Part shown: piece after piece, positions 29,357 to 37,957 of the stretch
Layout: each line of letters begins with the position of its first letter
Position numbering within the stretch: position 1 is the first letter of the stretch
IMG/VR virus record: IMGVR_UViG_3300032225_000849
Coordinates: 1-40,321 of that record
From: a virus
Taxonomy: Duplodnaviria > Caudoviricetes
Strand: one strand, 5' to 3'
Length of the DNA stretch: 40,321 bases
The notes under the pieces: model-generated
The model's input: the letters and a program-made list of their open reading frames with translations, nothing else
Database searches by the model: none
Told to the model about the DNA's origin: nothing
Translations under genes and position numbers: made by a program

Positions 29357-29707
29357 ATGGGAGCAATGTTTATGGAAAAGATTGATAGCCCTTGGGAGTT
29401 ATCAGTTGTAGAAAATGCAGGCGAGATTCCTGCCAGCGCAGTAACAGATGAGATAGCAGTTAAGACTGCACCGTTGTTGACAGATATTAAGTCACAACTT
29501 ATGTTGGTTCCTCGTACACTTACATATACAGTTGGGTGGAAAGCACTTGTTTGGAAAAATAAAGAGACTGGTGCGTTCCAGGAACTCACAGAAGAAGAAC
29601 ACGCAGCATATATTGATGGCGGAATCGTCTCTTACACCAGAGGCAGTAGCCAAGGCGATGCAAAAGATGAGGATACCCAAGGAGATTCAGGAAGTAATCC
29701 TCTCTGA
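29357..29707 (+). CDS. Hypothetical protein
   Basis: AGGAG RBS, 116 aa acidic. Confidence 0.65.
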   Translation: MGAMFMEKIDSPWELSVVENAGEIPASAVTDEIAVKTAPLLTDIKSQLMLVPRTLTYTVGWKALVWKNKETGAFQELTEEEHAAYIDGGIVSYTRGSSQGDAKDEDTQGDSGSNPL

Positions 29708-29945
29708 GTTACCCAATGTCATTGAACAAATAGATGAAGCCACTAAGCACATCTATGACCCCAATACTATTTGGCTTGAGTCAATGCAGTTTGCAGATTA
29801 TGTTTCACAGTTTGGCAAACATCTTCAAGAGAACCATGGCCCCGATTGTGTTGAAGAAGTAGCACAAGAGTTAATCAATTTATCTGAGTCTTTTAAATTC
29901 ATGGGCGAGGGTGCATTAAAAGTTATAGACGAGACGGAGGAATGA
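29616..29945 (+). CDS. Hypothetical acidic helical protein (start uncertain)
   Basis: Open frame abutting next gene. Confidence 0.55.
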   Translation: MAESSLTPEAVAKAMQKMRIPKEIQEVILSELPNVIEQIDEATKHIYDPNTIWLESMQFADYVSQFGKHLQENHGPDCVEEVAQELINLSESFKFMGEGALKVIDETEE

Positions 29946-30683
29946 ATGGCTCACAGTTCTAAAGAAACATTATCTATCGGATGGTGCGACAATGGCATGA
30001 CCGATGGAAAGTTTACGGAAGGTCTTGTGTATACAACAGTGATGGGTGTAGTCCCAGGCAATGTTACGGTACACAATGCGGTGCGTGTGCAAGGCAACCA
30101 GATTGGTCGCCAACGCCAAGCACTCTTTGATATGTGGGCTGATTCAATTAGCACCGACTGGTTGCTATGGGTTGACTCAGACATCGTACTCACTCAAGAT
30201 GTACTTAAAAAACTATGGAACGCAGCAGATAAGATTACTCGCCCAGTTGTATGCGGTGTTTACTTTATCTCTAAACAGATGGAACAGTCAGTCATGCAGC
30301 CTATGCCTGCGGTATTCAACGAAGGTTCCAATGAGTTTGAAATTGCTTATGTGCACCCACTACCTGATGATGAAGTCATTAAGGTTGATAACGCTGGCCT
30401 TGGTTTAACACTGATGCATAAGTCTGTGGTTGCCAAGTTGCGTGAAGTCTCGCCCGACTATTCACTCTTTGCTGAGAAAGAAAACCTTGGCGAGAAGTTT
30501 GTTGGCGAGGATATTATTTTCTTCCGTAATCTTAAGAAGGCTGGCGTGCCTGTTCACTGTGTTACTTCGGCAAGAGTCAAGCACATGAAACGCTTTGCTT
30601 TAGATGAGCAGTACTATAAGTTGTACTGGTCTGTGGCTAATCAACAGATGGAGGCAGAGCGTGCCAACACAGCAAGCAAGTAA
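29946..30683 (+). CDS. GT-A (family 2-like) glycosyltransferase
   Basis: WLLWVDSD (DxD), GLG.TL, GEDIIF, V.H.K. Confidence 0.8.
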   Translation: MAHSSKETLSIGWCDNGMTDGKFTEGLVYTTVMGVVPGNVTVHNAVRVQGNQIGRQRQALFDMWADSISTDWLLWVDSDIVLTQDVLKKLWNAADKITRPVVCGVYFISKQMEQSVMQPMPAVFNEGSNEFEIAYVHPLPDDEVIKVDNAGLGLTLMHKSVVAKLREVSPDYSLFAEKENLGEKFVGEDIIFFRNLKKAGVPVHCVTSARVKHMKRFALDEQYYKLYWSVANQQMEAERANTASK

Positions 30684-31026
30684 CAAGCGCAGAGGCGCTG
30701 CCTTTGAAATTGATTTGGCTGACTGGTTTGTTGAGAGTGAGTATGAAGCGCAACGCTTACCTCGCGCTGGTCGCAATGACATAGGCGATGTCTTTCTTAA
30801 GACAGGAAATGATATTTATGTTATTGAAGCCAAGGCACCAAGGCGTGATGGCAAGATAGATTTATCTGGCTGGATTCGTGAGGCTCAAGTTGAGGCAGAG
30901 AACTATCGCATCTCCAAGAAACTAAAGGTTGCACCTACGCCACTTGTTATTATCAAAGCATCTAACAAGGGGATTGAGGAGTCGTATGTAGTGCAAAGAC
31001 TTAGTGATGCTCTTGCAAAACTCTAA
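30661..31026 (+). CDS. Holliday junction resolvase (Hjc-like PD-(D/E)XK)
   Basis: K.RG..FE...GD...VIEAK; GTG start after GGAGG. Confidence 0.8.
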   Translation: MPTQQASNKRRGAAFEIDLADWFVESEYEAQRLPRAGRNDIGDVFLKTGNDIYVIEAKAPRRDGKIDLSGWIREAQVEAENYRISKKLKVAPTPLVIIKASNKGIEESYVVQRLSDALAKL

Positions 31027-31399
31027 GCATGACATAGGAAAAGTATTAGAACATTACGGGTTTGACTTACCTCATTCCCATCGTGGTGGATGGGTCACTA
31101 TTCGGTGTGCTTTCCACGGTGATAGAGTCAAGTCGGCTCGTGTAAACCTAGACAATGGTGGGTTCCGTTGCTTTGGCTGCGATATGGCAGGCGATGTGTA
31201 TTCCCTTATTATGAAGAAAGAAGGAGTTGGTTTCAATGAGGCTAAGCAAATCGCAGAGAGAATTACTGGAGAAGGCGACAGAGAATTACGCTCAAAACAT
31301 AGAGGAGATTCTTCCGTATCTGGAGACGAGAGGTATCACAAGACAGACCGCAACTATCTTTCGCCTCGGTTTCGTAAAGACACCAGAGGTGGGGCATGA
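31004..31399 (+). CDS. DNA primase, CHC2 zinc-binding part
   Basis: CAFHGD..S...FRCFGC...GD. Confidence 0.85.
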   Translation: MMLLQNSKHDIGKVLEHYGFDLPHSHRGGWVTIRCAFHGDRVKSARVNLDNGGFRCFGCDMAGDVYSLIMKKEGVGFNEAKQIAERITGEGDRELRSKHRGDSSVSGDERYHKTDRNYLSPRFRKDTRGGA

Positions 31400-31856
31400 A
31401 CCTTACATCGGTAAGTTATCTATTCCATACTTAACGCCATCGGGAACTATTGACATACGCTTTCGTGCCTTAAGTCCTGATGCAGCAGGGCCGAAGTACA
31501 TGTCCCGACCTGGGGCTACTACTCACATCTTTAATATCAATGCACTGGGTAATGCCGATGACACACTGGTTGTATGTGAAGGTGAACTTGATACTGTTGT
31601 TGCTACGCAGGCTGGCTTCACTGCCGTTGGCTTGCCAGGGGCTAACAACTGGAAACCTTTTTACTCTCGCGTGTTAGCAGACTGGAACAAAGTAATCTTA
31701 CTATGCGATGGTGACAATGCTGGTCGTGAGATGGCTAAGAATCTAAGTCGTGAACTAGATAATGTGTTCCCTATCTTTATGCCCGAAGGCCAAGATGTTA
31801 ACGACATATACCTTGCCGAAGGTGCAGAAGGATTACGCAAGAGGGCTGGCGTATAG
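31236..31856 (+). CDS. DNA primase, TOPRIM catalytic part
   Basis: KY, CEGELD, GLPGA, CDGDNAG, DVND. Confidence 0.85.
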   Translation: MRLSKSQRELLEKATENYAQNIEEILPYLETRGITRQTATIFRLGFVKTPEVGHEPYIGKLSIPYLTPSGTIDIRFRALSPDAAGPKYMSRPGATTHIFNINALGNADDTLVVCEGELDTVVATQAGFTAVGLPGANNWKPFYSRVLADWNKVILLCDGDNAGREMAKNLSRELDNVFPIFMPEGQDVNDIYLAEGAEGLRKRAGV

Positions 31857-32243
31857 GTGGCAAACCTTTCATCCTTTGACCTTGACTTTGGATATGGCAA
31901 GGGTGGAGAAAACTTAGTAGAGGAACTGCTTACCAAAGGTAAGACGGTGGAAGTAAAGCGTGACCGCAAATGGAATATAACTAACAATTTATATGTTGAA
32001 GTTGAGTGCTGGTATCAGGGGTCGCAGTCATGGGAACCATCGGGTTTGATGGCAAGCGAGGCTGATTACTGGGCGTTTGTATTAGAACACGGTGTACTCA
32101 TGGTGCCCCGTTCTCATGTACACTATGCCTTAAGACAGAGTGGTAGAGAAATTACCTGTGAGATACCCCCGAACAGGAGCAAGGGCTACCTAATAACTGT
32201 GGATAATTTACTAGAGGCAATGAGGGTACTTAAAGATGAGTGA
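31857..32243 (+). CDS. Hypothetical, PD-(D/E)XK-like protein
   Basis: VEVK.D...N.YVE...SG...ADYW. Confidence 0.6.
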   Translation: MANLSSFDLDFGYGKGGENLVEELLTKGKTVEVKRDRKWNITNNLYVEVECWYQGSQSWEPSGLMASEADYWAFVLEHGVLMVPRSHVHYALRQSGREITCEIPPNRSKGYLITVDNLLEAMRVLKDE

Positions 32244-32892
32244 TGATAAAGATTTGTTATGGGAAACCGTATACAAAGTAGCCCGCTTATCTGCTACTAG
32301 ATGTGTACGCATCCATCGCAACCTCGTCACTGCCGATGATGTATTCCAACACCTGAACTTATGGGCGCTAGAACACTGGCATAAGATAGAGGAGTGGGAA
32401 GAACAAGAGTCCCTTATCTTTAAACTTAAGCGCACCTTTAACAATGAATCGCAGAAGTTTGCAGCCAAAGAGCGTGCATATAAAACAAAGTCAGTGCCAA
32501 GTGATGCGTTCTATTACACACATGAGATACTGCAAGAGTTACTCAAAGATGTATGGGCTTACGAGTCGTGGACTGCATCATCCACGCCAAGAGATGAGTT
32601 CATATCCACATCAAGTAAACCTAGTGAAGGTATGAATCGTGAGGCTATGTTAAGTGATGTTGCTTTCGGTCTTAAGAAACTAAACGAACAAGATAACCTG
32701 CTGTTGAATCGTAGATTTGCAGATGGTGGCATGGATGTTGATGCCCTTGCTGTTGAGTATTCGGTAAGCGATGAGGCTATTCGTAAGCGTGTGTCTCGTG
32801 CACTTACTAAGTTGCAAGAAAGATTAGGTGGTGAACAACCACAGTGGAACAACCGCAGATACCGCAGACCCGACAAGGAGCAAGAGCAATGA
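32236..32892 (+). CDS. Sigma70-like factor (ECF-type, region 4 HTH)
   Basis: DDVFQ..W region 2; L......L..RF.....LA.......R.RVSRAL.KL region 4. Confidence 0.7.
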   Translation: MSDDKDLLWETVYKVARLSATRCVRIHRNLVTADDVFQHLNLWALEHWHKIEEWEEQESLIFKLKRTFNNESQKFAAKERAYKTKSVPSDAFYYTHEILQELLKDVWAYESWTASSTPRDEFISTSSKPSEGMNREAMLSDVAFGLKKLNEQDNLLLNRRFADGGMDVDALAVEYSVSDEAIRKRVSRALTKLQERLGGEQPQWNNRRYRRPDKEQEQ

Positions 32893-33010
32893 TAGTAACA
32901 AGTGAGTTTAACTGGCGTATGTTTTGTATAGGCGTAGTCCATTACAAGAACATTAAATGTGTAGAGTTTTATCTCGGTGGCCTAGCCGTTGGTATCTGGT
33001 GGGGTGTTAA

Positions 33011-33550
33011 ATGATTATTGGATTAAGTGGATACGCACAGTCAGGTAAAGATGCAACTGCTAATTTGTTATGTCTTAATTACCAATACACTCGCCGTGCT
33101 TTTGCCGACCCAATGCGCCATGCTTTATTAACTATCAACCCTAAGTTGGATAGCATCACTCGCGTATCTGATTTAGTAGATGACTATGGCTGGGATGTGG
33201 CTAAGAGAAACCCTGAGGTACGCCGTCTGTTACAGGTATTAGGTACTGACTTCGGGCGCAAGATGTTAGGCGATGATGTATGGATTAAGATGTCGCTTCG
33301 TGACTTAAGACCAGATGAACGAATTGTTATTAGTGATGTTCGCTTTCCCAATGAAGCCGATGCAATAAAGAAACTTGGCGGTACTGTTTGGCGTATCAAC
33401 CGCAAAGATAATAGCGCGGTCAATGGTCACACCTCTGAACACGCAATGGATAACTATATGTTTAGCCATGTTATCTATAACGATGGAACACTTGATGACT
33501 TAAGTGATGAAGTGTTTATGCTTGCTAAAGAATTAAACTTAGATAAATAA
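33011..33550 (+). CDS. Deoxynucleoside monophosphate kinase
   Basis: IIGLSGYAQSGKD, FAD, R.LLQ.LGTD.GR, ISDVRFPNE, H.SE. Confidence 0.9.
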   Translation: MIIGLSGYAQSGKDATANLLCLNYQYTRRAFADPMRHALLTINPKLDSITRVSDLVDDYGWDVAKRNPEVRRLLQVLGTDFGRKMLGDDVWIKMSLRDLRPDERIVISDVRFPNEADAIKKLGGTVWRINRKDNSAVNGHTSEHAMDNYMFSHVIYNDGTLDDLSDEVFMLAKELNLDK

Positions 33551-33562
33551 CCTGACTTAATA

Positions 33563-33610
33563 CATAGAGAAACCCAGCGAGACAGGAGAGAATCGCTGGG
33601 TTTTTCTATG
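33563..33610. terminator. Bidirectional terminator between convergent operons
   Basis: 18-bp inverted repeat (one mismatch) CATAGAGAAACCCAGCGA / TCGCTGGGTTTTTCTATG. Confidence 0.75.
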
Positions 33611-33664
33611 CACACCAACCGCTACGCTTCCCCTTCATAGGGGCTGGTGTACCAGATAATCATA

Positions 33665-34006
33665 TCACTTGTTGTGCGCAGGGTCGGATACCAAGATGTT
33701 TAGTTGCTTACGCAGGCCAAACCTTTCGTAAGGGGTAGTCCCGCCCCAAACTCCGTACCTTTCGTGGACTAGCCCCCACTCCAAGCAAGCATCCATTACT
33801 GGGCACTCAACACAGATACGCTTGAGTATCTCTGCCTCGCCTGGGGCAAACTTGTCTTGCGGTGGGTAAAAGAACTCGGTGTCTATGCCTTGGCAGGCAG
33901 CGTTCTCAAACTGTTTGGCATCGTATCGCAGTTGGTATGTATCAGACCCATTGCCTCGTGAGTATGGCTTTGCCTGACTTAAGACACGAAAGAATCTAAT
34001 CTTCAT
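33665..34006 (-). CDS. whiB: WhiB-family transcription factor
   Basis: AAC...FF...IC.ECPV...C...GVWGG..ER. Confidence 0.92.
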   Translation of the reverse strand: MKIRFFRVLSQAKPYSRGNGSDTYQLRYDAKQFENAACQGIDTEFFYPPQDKFAPGEAEILKRICVECPVMDACLEWGLVHERYGVWGGTTPYERFGLRKQLNILVSDPAHNK

Positions 34007-34446
34007 TAGTACCAGCCCAGTGCAAGGTGATGGGCATAAGCCTTGCAGATATTGTTCTTGCCGTAGTGTCTATCTATGTATTTAAGTCCAGCCTCTACCT
34101 GTTTGTATCCGTCATAAGTTGGCTGAGTTTTTATATTAACCCATGTGCTTGGCTTTAGTTGTGCAATTCCTAAGGCTTTGCTCTGTTTGTTTAATGACTT
34201 CGGCGACCAGTTACTCTCGCGCATCCACATTTCATACAAGCAGGGGTACTGCTCAAGGTTGTTTCGTTCCACTAACTTGTCCACTGCATAGCGTTGGTAA
34301 TCGTTCTGATAGTAGGCAACCACCTTGCCATAAGGCGGTGCAATAAACTTTGCTGGTGTCTTAAGAACTAAGATAAGTCCCAAGATAATTGCTGTTGCTA
34401 TCCACAGTCGGGCGTGAGGATGTATCTGTCTTAAGTTGTTACGCAT
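34006..34446 (-). CDS. Membrane-anchored lytic transglycosylase (SLT/Rpf-like)
   Basis: N-terminal TM; RESNW, A.GIAQ, Q...GL.YI..YG. Confidence 0.82.
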   Translation of the reverse strand: MRNNLRQIHPHARLWIATAIILGLILVLKTPAKFIAPPYGKVVAYYQNDYQRYAVDKLVERNNLEQYPCLYEMWMRESNWSPKSLNKQSKALGIAQLKPSTWVNIKTQPTYDGYKQVEAGLKYIDRHYGKNNICKAYAHHLALGWY

Positions 34447-34615
34447 TACTGTCCAACTTTCTCTCGGCTTCGGCGTGCAAGAAACTATCTATTGCTTTTT
34501 CCTCTTGCTCTTTTTGTCTTAAGGCACAAGGCGTACACTTTTCGTACATATAATTAAACACTCGTGGATTAGTTACTGTTGTGCCACAACCTAAACACTG
34601 CATGAATATAGTCAT
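34439..34615 (-). CDS. Small CxxC..CxxC protein (58 aa)
   Basis: Hand translation MTIFMQCLGCG...KCTPC; coupled overlaps. Confidence 0.6.
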   Translation of the reverse strand: MTIFMQCLGCGTTVTNPRVFNYMYEKCTPCALRQKEQEEKAIDSFLHAEAERKLDSNA

Positions 34616-34869
34616 CGCCCATCTCCATGAACGATGTCGCCTCGTGCTGCTGCTGCCAGTTGGCCAAAGAACTGTGCATCCTCATCCTCTAGCCAGTCAG
34701 GTGTTGTGATAAACCTGTTCTCCGAGTCCAGCCAAGTTATGCTGAACCCATCGTGGTCATCCCAATGCAGGATAACTCGGTACTTAACTCCTTCGTAAGT
34801 GAAGTCAATGTCTTTATCGTAGGCAGTTGTAGTTCTTAATACAGAATCAACCTCAAACTTGTAACTCAT
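34612..34869 (-). CDS. Hypothetical early protein
   Basis: 85 aa, GGGAG RBS. Confidence 0.7.
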   Translation of the reverse strand: MSYKFEVDSVLRTTTAYDKDIDFTYEGVKYRVILHWDDHDGFSITWLDSENRFITTPDWLEDEDAQFFGQLAAAARGDIVHGDGR

Positions 34870-35011
34870 TTGTTTTCTCCCGTCTTTAGTTTGTTTTCGT
34901 ACTGTTCCATTATGCTATGCCAGTAGTCAAAGTCAAGGTCATTTGTACTGGCGTTGCGCTGTTCTCTTGCTCGCTTGGCGAGGGTGCGTGTGGCTTTCAT
35001 CTCTAGTGAGT

Positions 35012-35353
35012 TCATCCATACACAACCTCTCCAAGTACGGCCACCTGCAACACCGCATCACCGCAGATAGCATCGTAATCATCAAAGTCAAACAAGTCCA
35101 TAGACACCTGTTCGTTTGCTATCGGTAGGGCGTTGGCTAACTCCTGAATACCAATAACTTTTTCTGTCTTAAGTAATGTGACTTCATCTATTGCGACCAG
35201 TCTCACTTGACCGATGTGTTCCCAGTCTGCATCGCCGAGGTACTCACACTCGTGCCAGTGTGTACCGAAAGACTCCCACGCTGAGCCGAACACCGCCTCC
35301 CATAACTCCTGCTTCTTGACGGCAAGCGGGATGATAATTGTTTCATCGGACAT
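35012..35353 (-). CDS. Hypothetical acidic early protein
   Basis: 113 aa, AAGGAGG RBS. Confidence 0.7.
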   Translation of the reverse strand: MSDETIIIPLAVKKQELWEAVFGSAWESFGTHWHECEYLGDADWEHIGQVRLVAIDEVTLLKTEKVIGIQELANALPIANEQVSMDLFDFDDYDAICGDAVLQVAVLGEVVYG

Positions 35354-35548
35354 TTAATTTCCTCCTTCGCAGTAGCAGTCGCCCCAGCATTGGCAACATA
35401 CACCTTTGCTTTCCGTGGCGGATGAGTGAGTTGGTTTTCTTTTTCCACACATAAAGCACACGCAGTGGTGGAAGTAACTGGCTGACCCGTGAGGGTCGTT
35501 GATAGTTTTCTTGCAGATGTCGCAAGTCCAAGTCTGTTTGGCGCTCAT
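35354..35548 (-). CDS. Cys-rich small protein
   Basis: 64 aa with several CxxC; GAGG RBS. Confidence 0.55.
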   Translation of the reverse strand: MSAKQTWTCDICKKTINDPHGSASYFHHCVCFMCGKRKPTHSSATESKGVCCQCWGDCYCEGGN

Positions 35549-35833
35549 CGGTTACACCTCTTGCATACCCAGCCTTTGACCTGATAGCGGTGGTGTTCTG
35601 TCTCTGCATCGCAGTTGTTGCAGTTAAAAATATGCACAGTTGGTGCATCGGTTGGGTCATCGTAGCGACTCATCTTATTTTCCTGTCTTAAGTAGTAAGT
35701 CATAAAGAACTGACCCAAACTTTGAGTCGTTCTGCTCCGTTACTTCTGCCATCTTTAGTGCCTCAATGCAGACCTTGAGTTGGTGCTCTGTTAATCTAAT
35801 CATCTTGCATCTCCTGTCTTGCGGTGTCTCCGC

Positions 35834-35879
35834 GTGCCTTGCTTGGTCGTGAACCAGTGCCGACTTATCGGGGCAAGGC
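35834..35879 (-). ncRNA. tRNA-like three-way-junction element, copy 1
   Basis: GCCTTGC-C-CCGATAAGTCGG-CAC-TGGTTCACGACCA-A-GCAAGGC-AC. Confidence 0.7.
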
Positions 35880-36127
35880 TTGCCTTGTTAGATGTACTTT
35901 TGTTTACATACAGGGCAGTAGAAATATCCGTAGAACAAGTTGTATACCAATTTTTCGTTGCACTTATTGCAGTCGGGAAATTCCCCTATTGCTTTTTCGT
36001 ACTCCCAAGAACGACTGGTCATAACTATCTCCTGTCTTAAGATAGAGAGGGCTTGTTCCCTCTCTGTCGCTATTTAGTTGTAATCCCTACTTTGCCAGTT
36101 GGTGGCAGGTAAGTCAAGGATATTTAA

Positions 36128-36199
36128 TGTGATGTTCGTCACACTCCGCTTAACTTAATGTGATATTGGTCACATCTAACCCTCAAGTAAAGGTTTAGA
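36128..36199. promoter_or_regulatory. Two CRP boxes plus FtsR-like palindrome upstream of a - strand promoter
   Basis: TGTGA-N6-TCACA at 36128-43 and 36159-74; TCTAACCCT-N7-AGGTTTAGA at 36175-99; TTGACT on - strand at 36117-12. Confidence 0.7.
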
Positions 36200-36222
36200 G
36201 TTTGCAATTCTGTATTAAGACA

Positions 36223-36462
36223 CTATCTTGGGCAGTCATCATAAGGGAACTGTTCTTTCTCCTCACAAGTGCAGAAGTTAAACCTCTCTACCTGTGTAGC
36301 GTGGGTTAGTTGTGATAACTCCATCATAGACATTGGCATTTGACTGTAACATTCTCGGCAGATTACTCTTTCCTCACCGCTGAACCAGTCCTCGGTGATG
36401 TCGTTGCAGTCGTCACAAGTAATGGTGTCGCCTAACCCCTTTACCGCTGTGTATGTAGTCAC
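36223..36462 (-). CDS. Cys-rich hypothetical protein
   Basis: 79 aa, GGGAGG RBS, CxxC pairs. Confidence 0.6.
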   Translation of the reverse strand: MTTYTAVKGLGDTITCDDCNDITEDWFSGEERVICRECYSQMPMSMMELSQLTHATQVERFNFCTCEEKEQFPYDDCPR

Positions 36463-36623
36463 TTATTAGCCTCCCATTTAATTAGGTCGCACACTCTGCC
36501 GTCTGCTGTGGTGTGGCAGTTGCCATAAACTTTGTGGTGTGTGGATGTGAACCAAACTCCAGCAATTAAGATAGTAAGTATTAAGACAGAACGCACGCGC
36601 TTGCCTCGTTTAGTTAGTTTCAT
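36459..36623 (-). CDS. Small membrane protein
   Basis: MKLTKRGKRVR + TM helix; GAGGAGG RBS. Confidence 0.65.
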   Translation of the reverse strand: MKLTKRGKRVRSVLILTILIAGVWFTSTHHKVYGNCHTTADGRVCDLIKWEANK

Positions 36624-36731
36624 TTGTTTCCTCCTCTTTATCATGGCTCGTGTGCCACACACACCAGTCCTCAACGCTTACGCCCACACCATTGCGGTCA
36701 ATAGGCTCATTACATACGGCGCACTTAGTCA

Positions 36732-36860
36732 TTACTGAACCTGCCATTTCATCTGCAATTCGTGGCAACACTCATCGCAATAGTTGCACCCTTCGTGTTC
36801 AGCGGGGTTAGTCTGCTCATCACAAGTTTTGCATTTAATTAATTCTGTATTAAGACTCAT
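36732..36860 (-). CDS. Small Cys-rich protein
   Basis: MSLNTELIKCKTC...CNYCDEC; AAGGAG RBS. Confidence 0.55.
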   Translation of the reverse strand: MSLNTELIKCKTCDEQTNPAEHEGCNYCDECCHELQMKWQVQ

Positions 36861-36942
36861 CGCTTGTACTCCTTCGCATGTTGGCAAGTGGATAGTGGAA
36901 TAAGGCAGTCGCCACATATAACTTCTGTATTAAGACACATTA

Positions 36943-37131
36943 CTATGCCTCCAAATCTTTATTAAAATTAAACGAACCTGTAAATTTTATCTTTACAATA
37001 TAGGCTCGGTTATAGGCTAGGAAGTGCTCAAGGTCGCCTATGTTTTCAAAATCCTGAGCCAGTGGCGGGCTAACCTTGTTATCTCCCGCACCTCTTGGAT
37101 TTTCTGTAAGGGTGAAGTGTGCTGTAATCAT
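36943..37131 (-). CDS. Hypothetical early protein
   Basis: 62 aa, GACAGGAGA RBS. Confidence 0.65.
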   Translation of the reverse strand: MITAHFTLTENPRGAGDNKVSPPLAQDFENIGDLEHFLAYNRAYIVKIKFTGSFNFNKDLEA

Positions 37132-37177
37132 TTTATTCTCCTGTCGTGCTCGGTAGCAAGACTCTCTTGCTTACCTT

Positions 37178-37226
37178 GTGCCCTAATAGTCTCTCGCTGA
37201 CTGCGCACTCGTCAAGTGTTTAGGGC
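37178..37226 (-). ncRNA. tRNA-like three-way-junction element, copy 2
   Basis: GCCCTAA-A-CACTTGACGAGTG-CGC-AGTCAGCGAGAGACT-A-TTAGGGC-AC. Confidence 0.65.
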
Positions 37227-37242
37227 TGTGACTTTCGTCACA
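37227..37242. promoter_or_regulatory. CRP/GlxR-type box
   Basis: TGTGA-ctttcg-TCACA; TTGACG on - strand starting at 37215. Confidence 0.7.
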
Positions 37243-37395
37243 TTTCTGTCTTAAGTTTTAATGCCTCACCTCTACTAGCATTACATCGCCATCCCTGAGA
37301 ATTGCGCTCGGCGTATCAAGTAACTCCCGCGCTTGCTCCTCGCTTTCGGCTCTGACTTCGTAGGTGTTCATTACATTGAATAAATAACTTTTCAT

Positions 37396-37713
37396 TTATG
37401 CCACCTCCTCTTGCTCTGTCTTAAGTCCGATATAGTGGCGGGCTATATCATCCCAAGGGGCAACGCCCCAACCTGTGAGCATTTGAGATATAAGCAAGGC
37501 TCCGACTGTGCGCCCTGCCTCGCGCTCGCGCTCTGCAACCTGTGAGATATAAGTCTCAAATTCTGCCTTCATTACATCGGATAAACCTGAGACATTTTTG
37601 GCGTGTGTCTCTGGCTTGTCCATGATTTCAATGTAGGCGTCTTGGTCGTTATCAATTACCAGCGTGTAATCGGTGACGAATTGTTCGCGAGATGTCGTGT
37701 TTATCGTGTCCAT
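37396..37713 (-). CDS. Hypothetical early protein
   Basis: MDTINTTS..., AAGGAGG RBS. Confidence 0.7.
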   Translation of the reverse strand: MDTINTTSREQFVTDYTLVIDNDQDAYIEIMDKPETHAKNVSGLSDVMKAEFETYISQVAEREREAGRTVGALLISQMLTGWGVAPWDDIARHYIGLKTEQEEVA

Positions 37714-37939
37714 TACTTTCCCTCCTTGCAATTAAATAGATGCGAGTACTTACCATTTTTTACGGCCACATAAAAATAGCGAGTACTTTCTCCGCAATTT
37801 TTGCAGACTCCCGCTATAACTGGGTTTACTATTGCGCTCATTTTTTCTCCTGTCTTAATACCTAACGAGGCTGTCTCGCTCGGTGTCTTGCTTGGTGTAA
37901 CCCTCTCACCTCGCGCCTTGCTTGTCTAGCATTTTGCGG

Positions 37940-37955
37940 TGTGATATTGGTCACA
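37940..37955. promoter_or_regulatory. CRP/GlxR-type box
   Basis: TGTGA-tattgg-TCACA; TAGACA on - strand starting at 37928. Confidence 0.7.
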
Positions 37956-37957
37956 TC

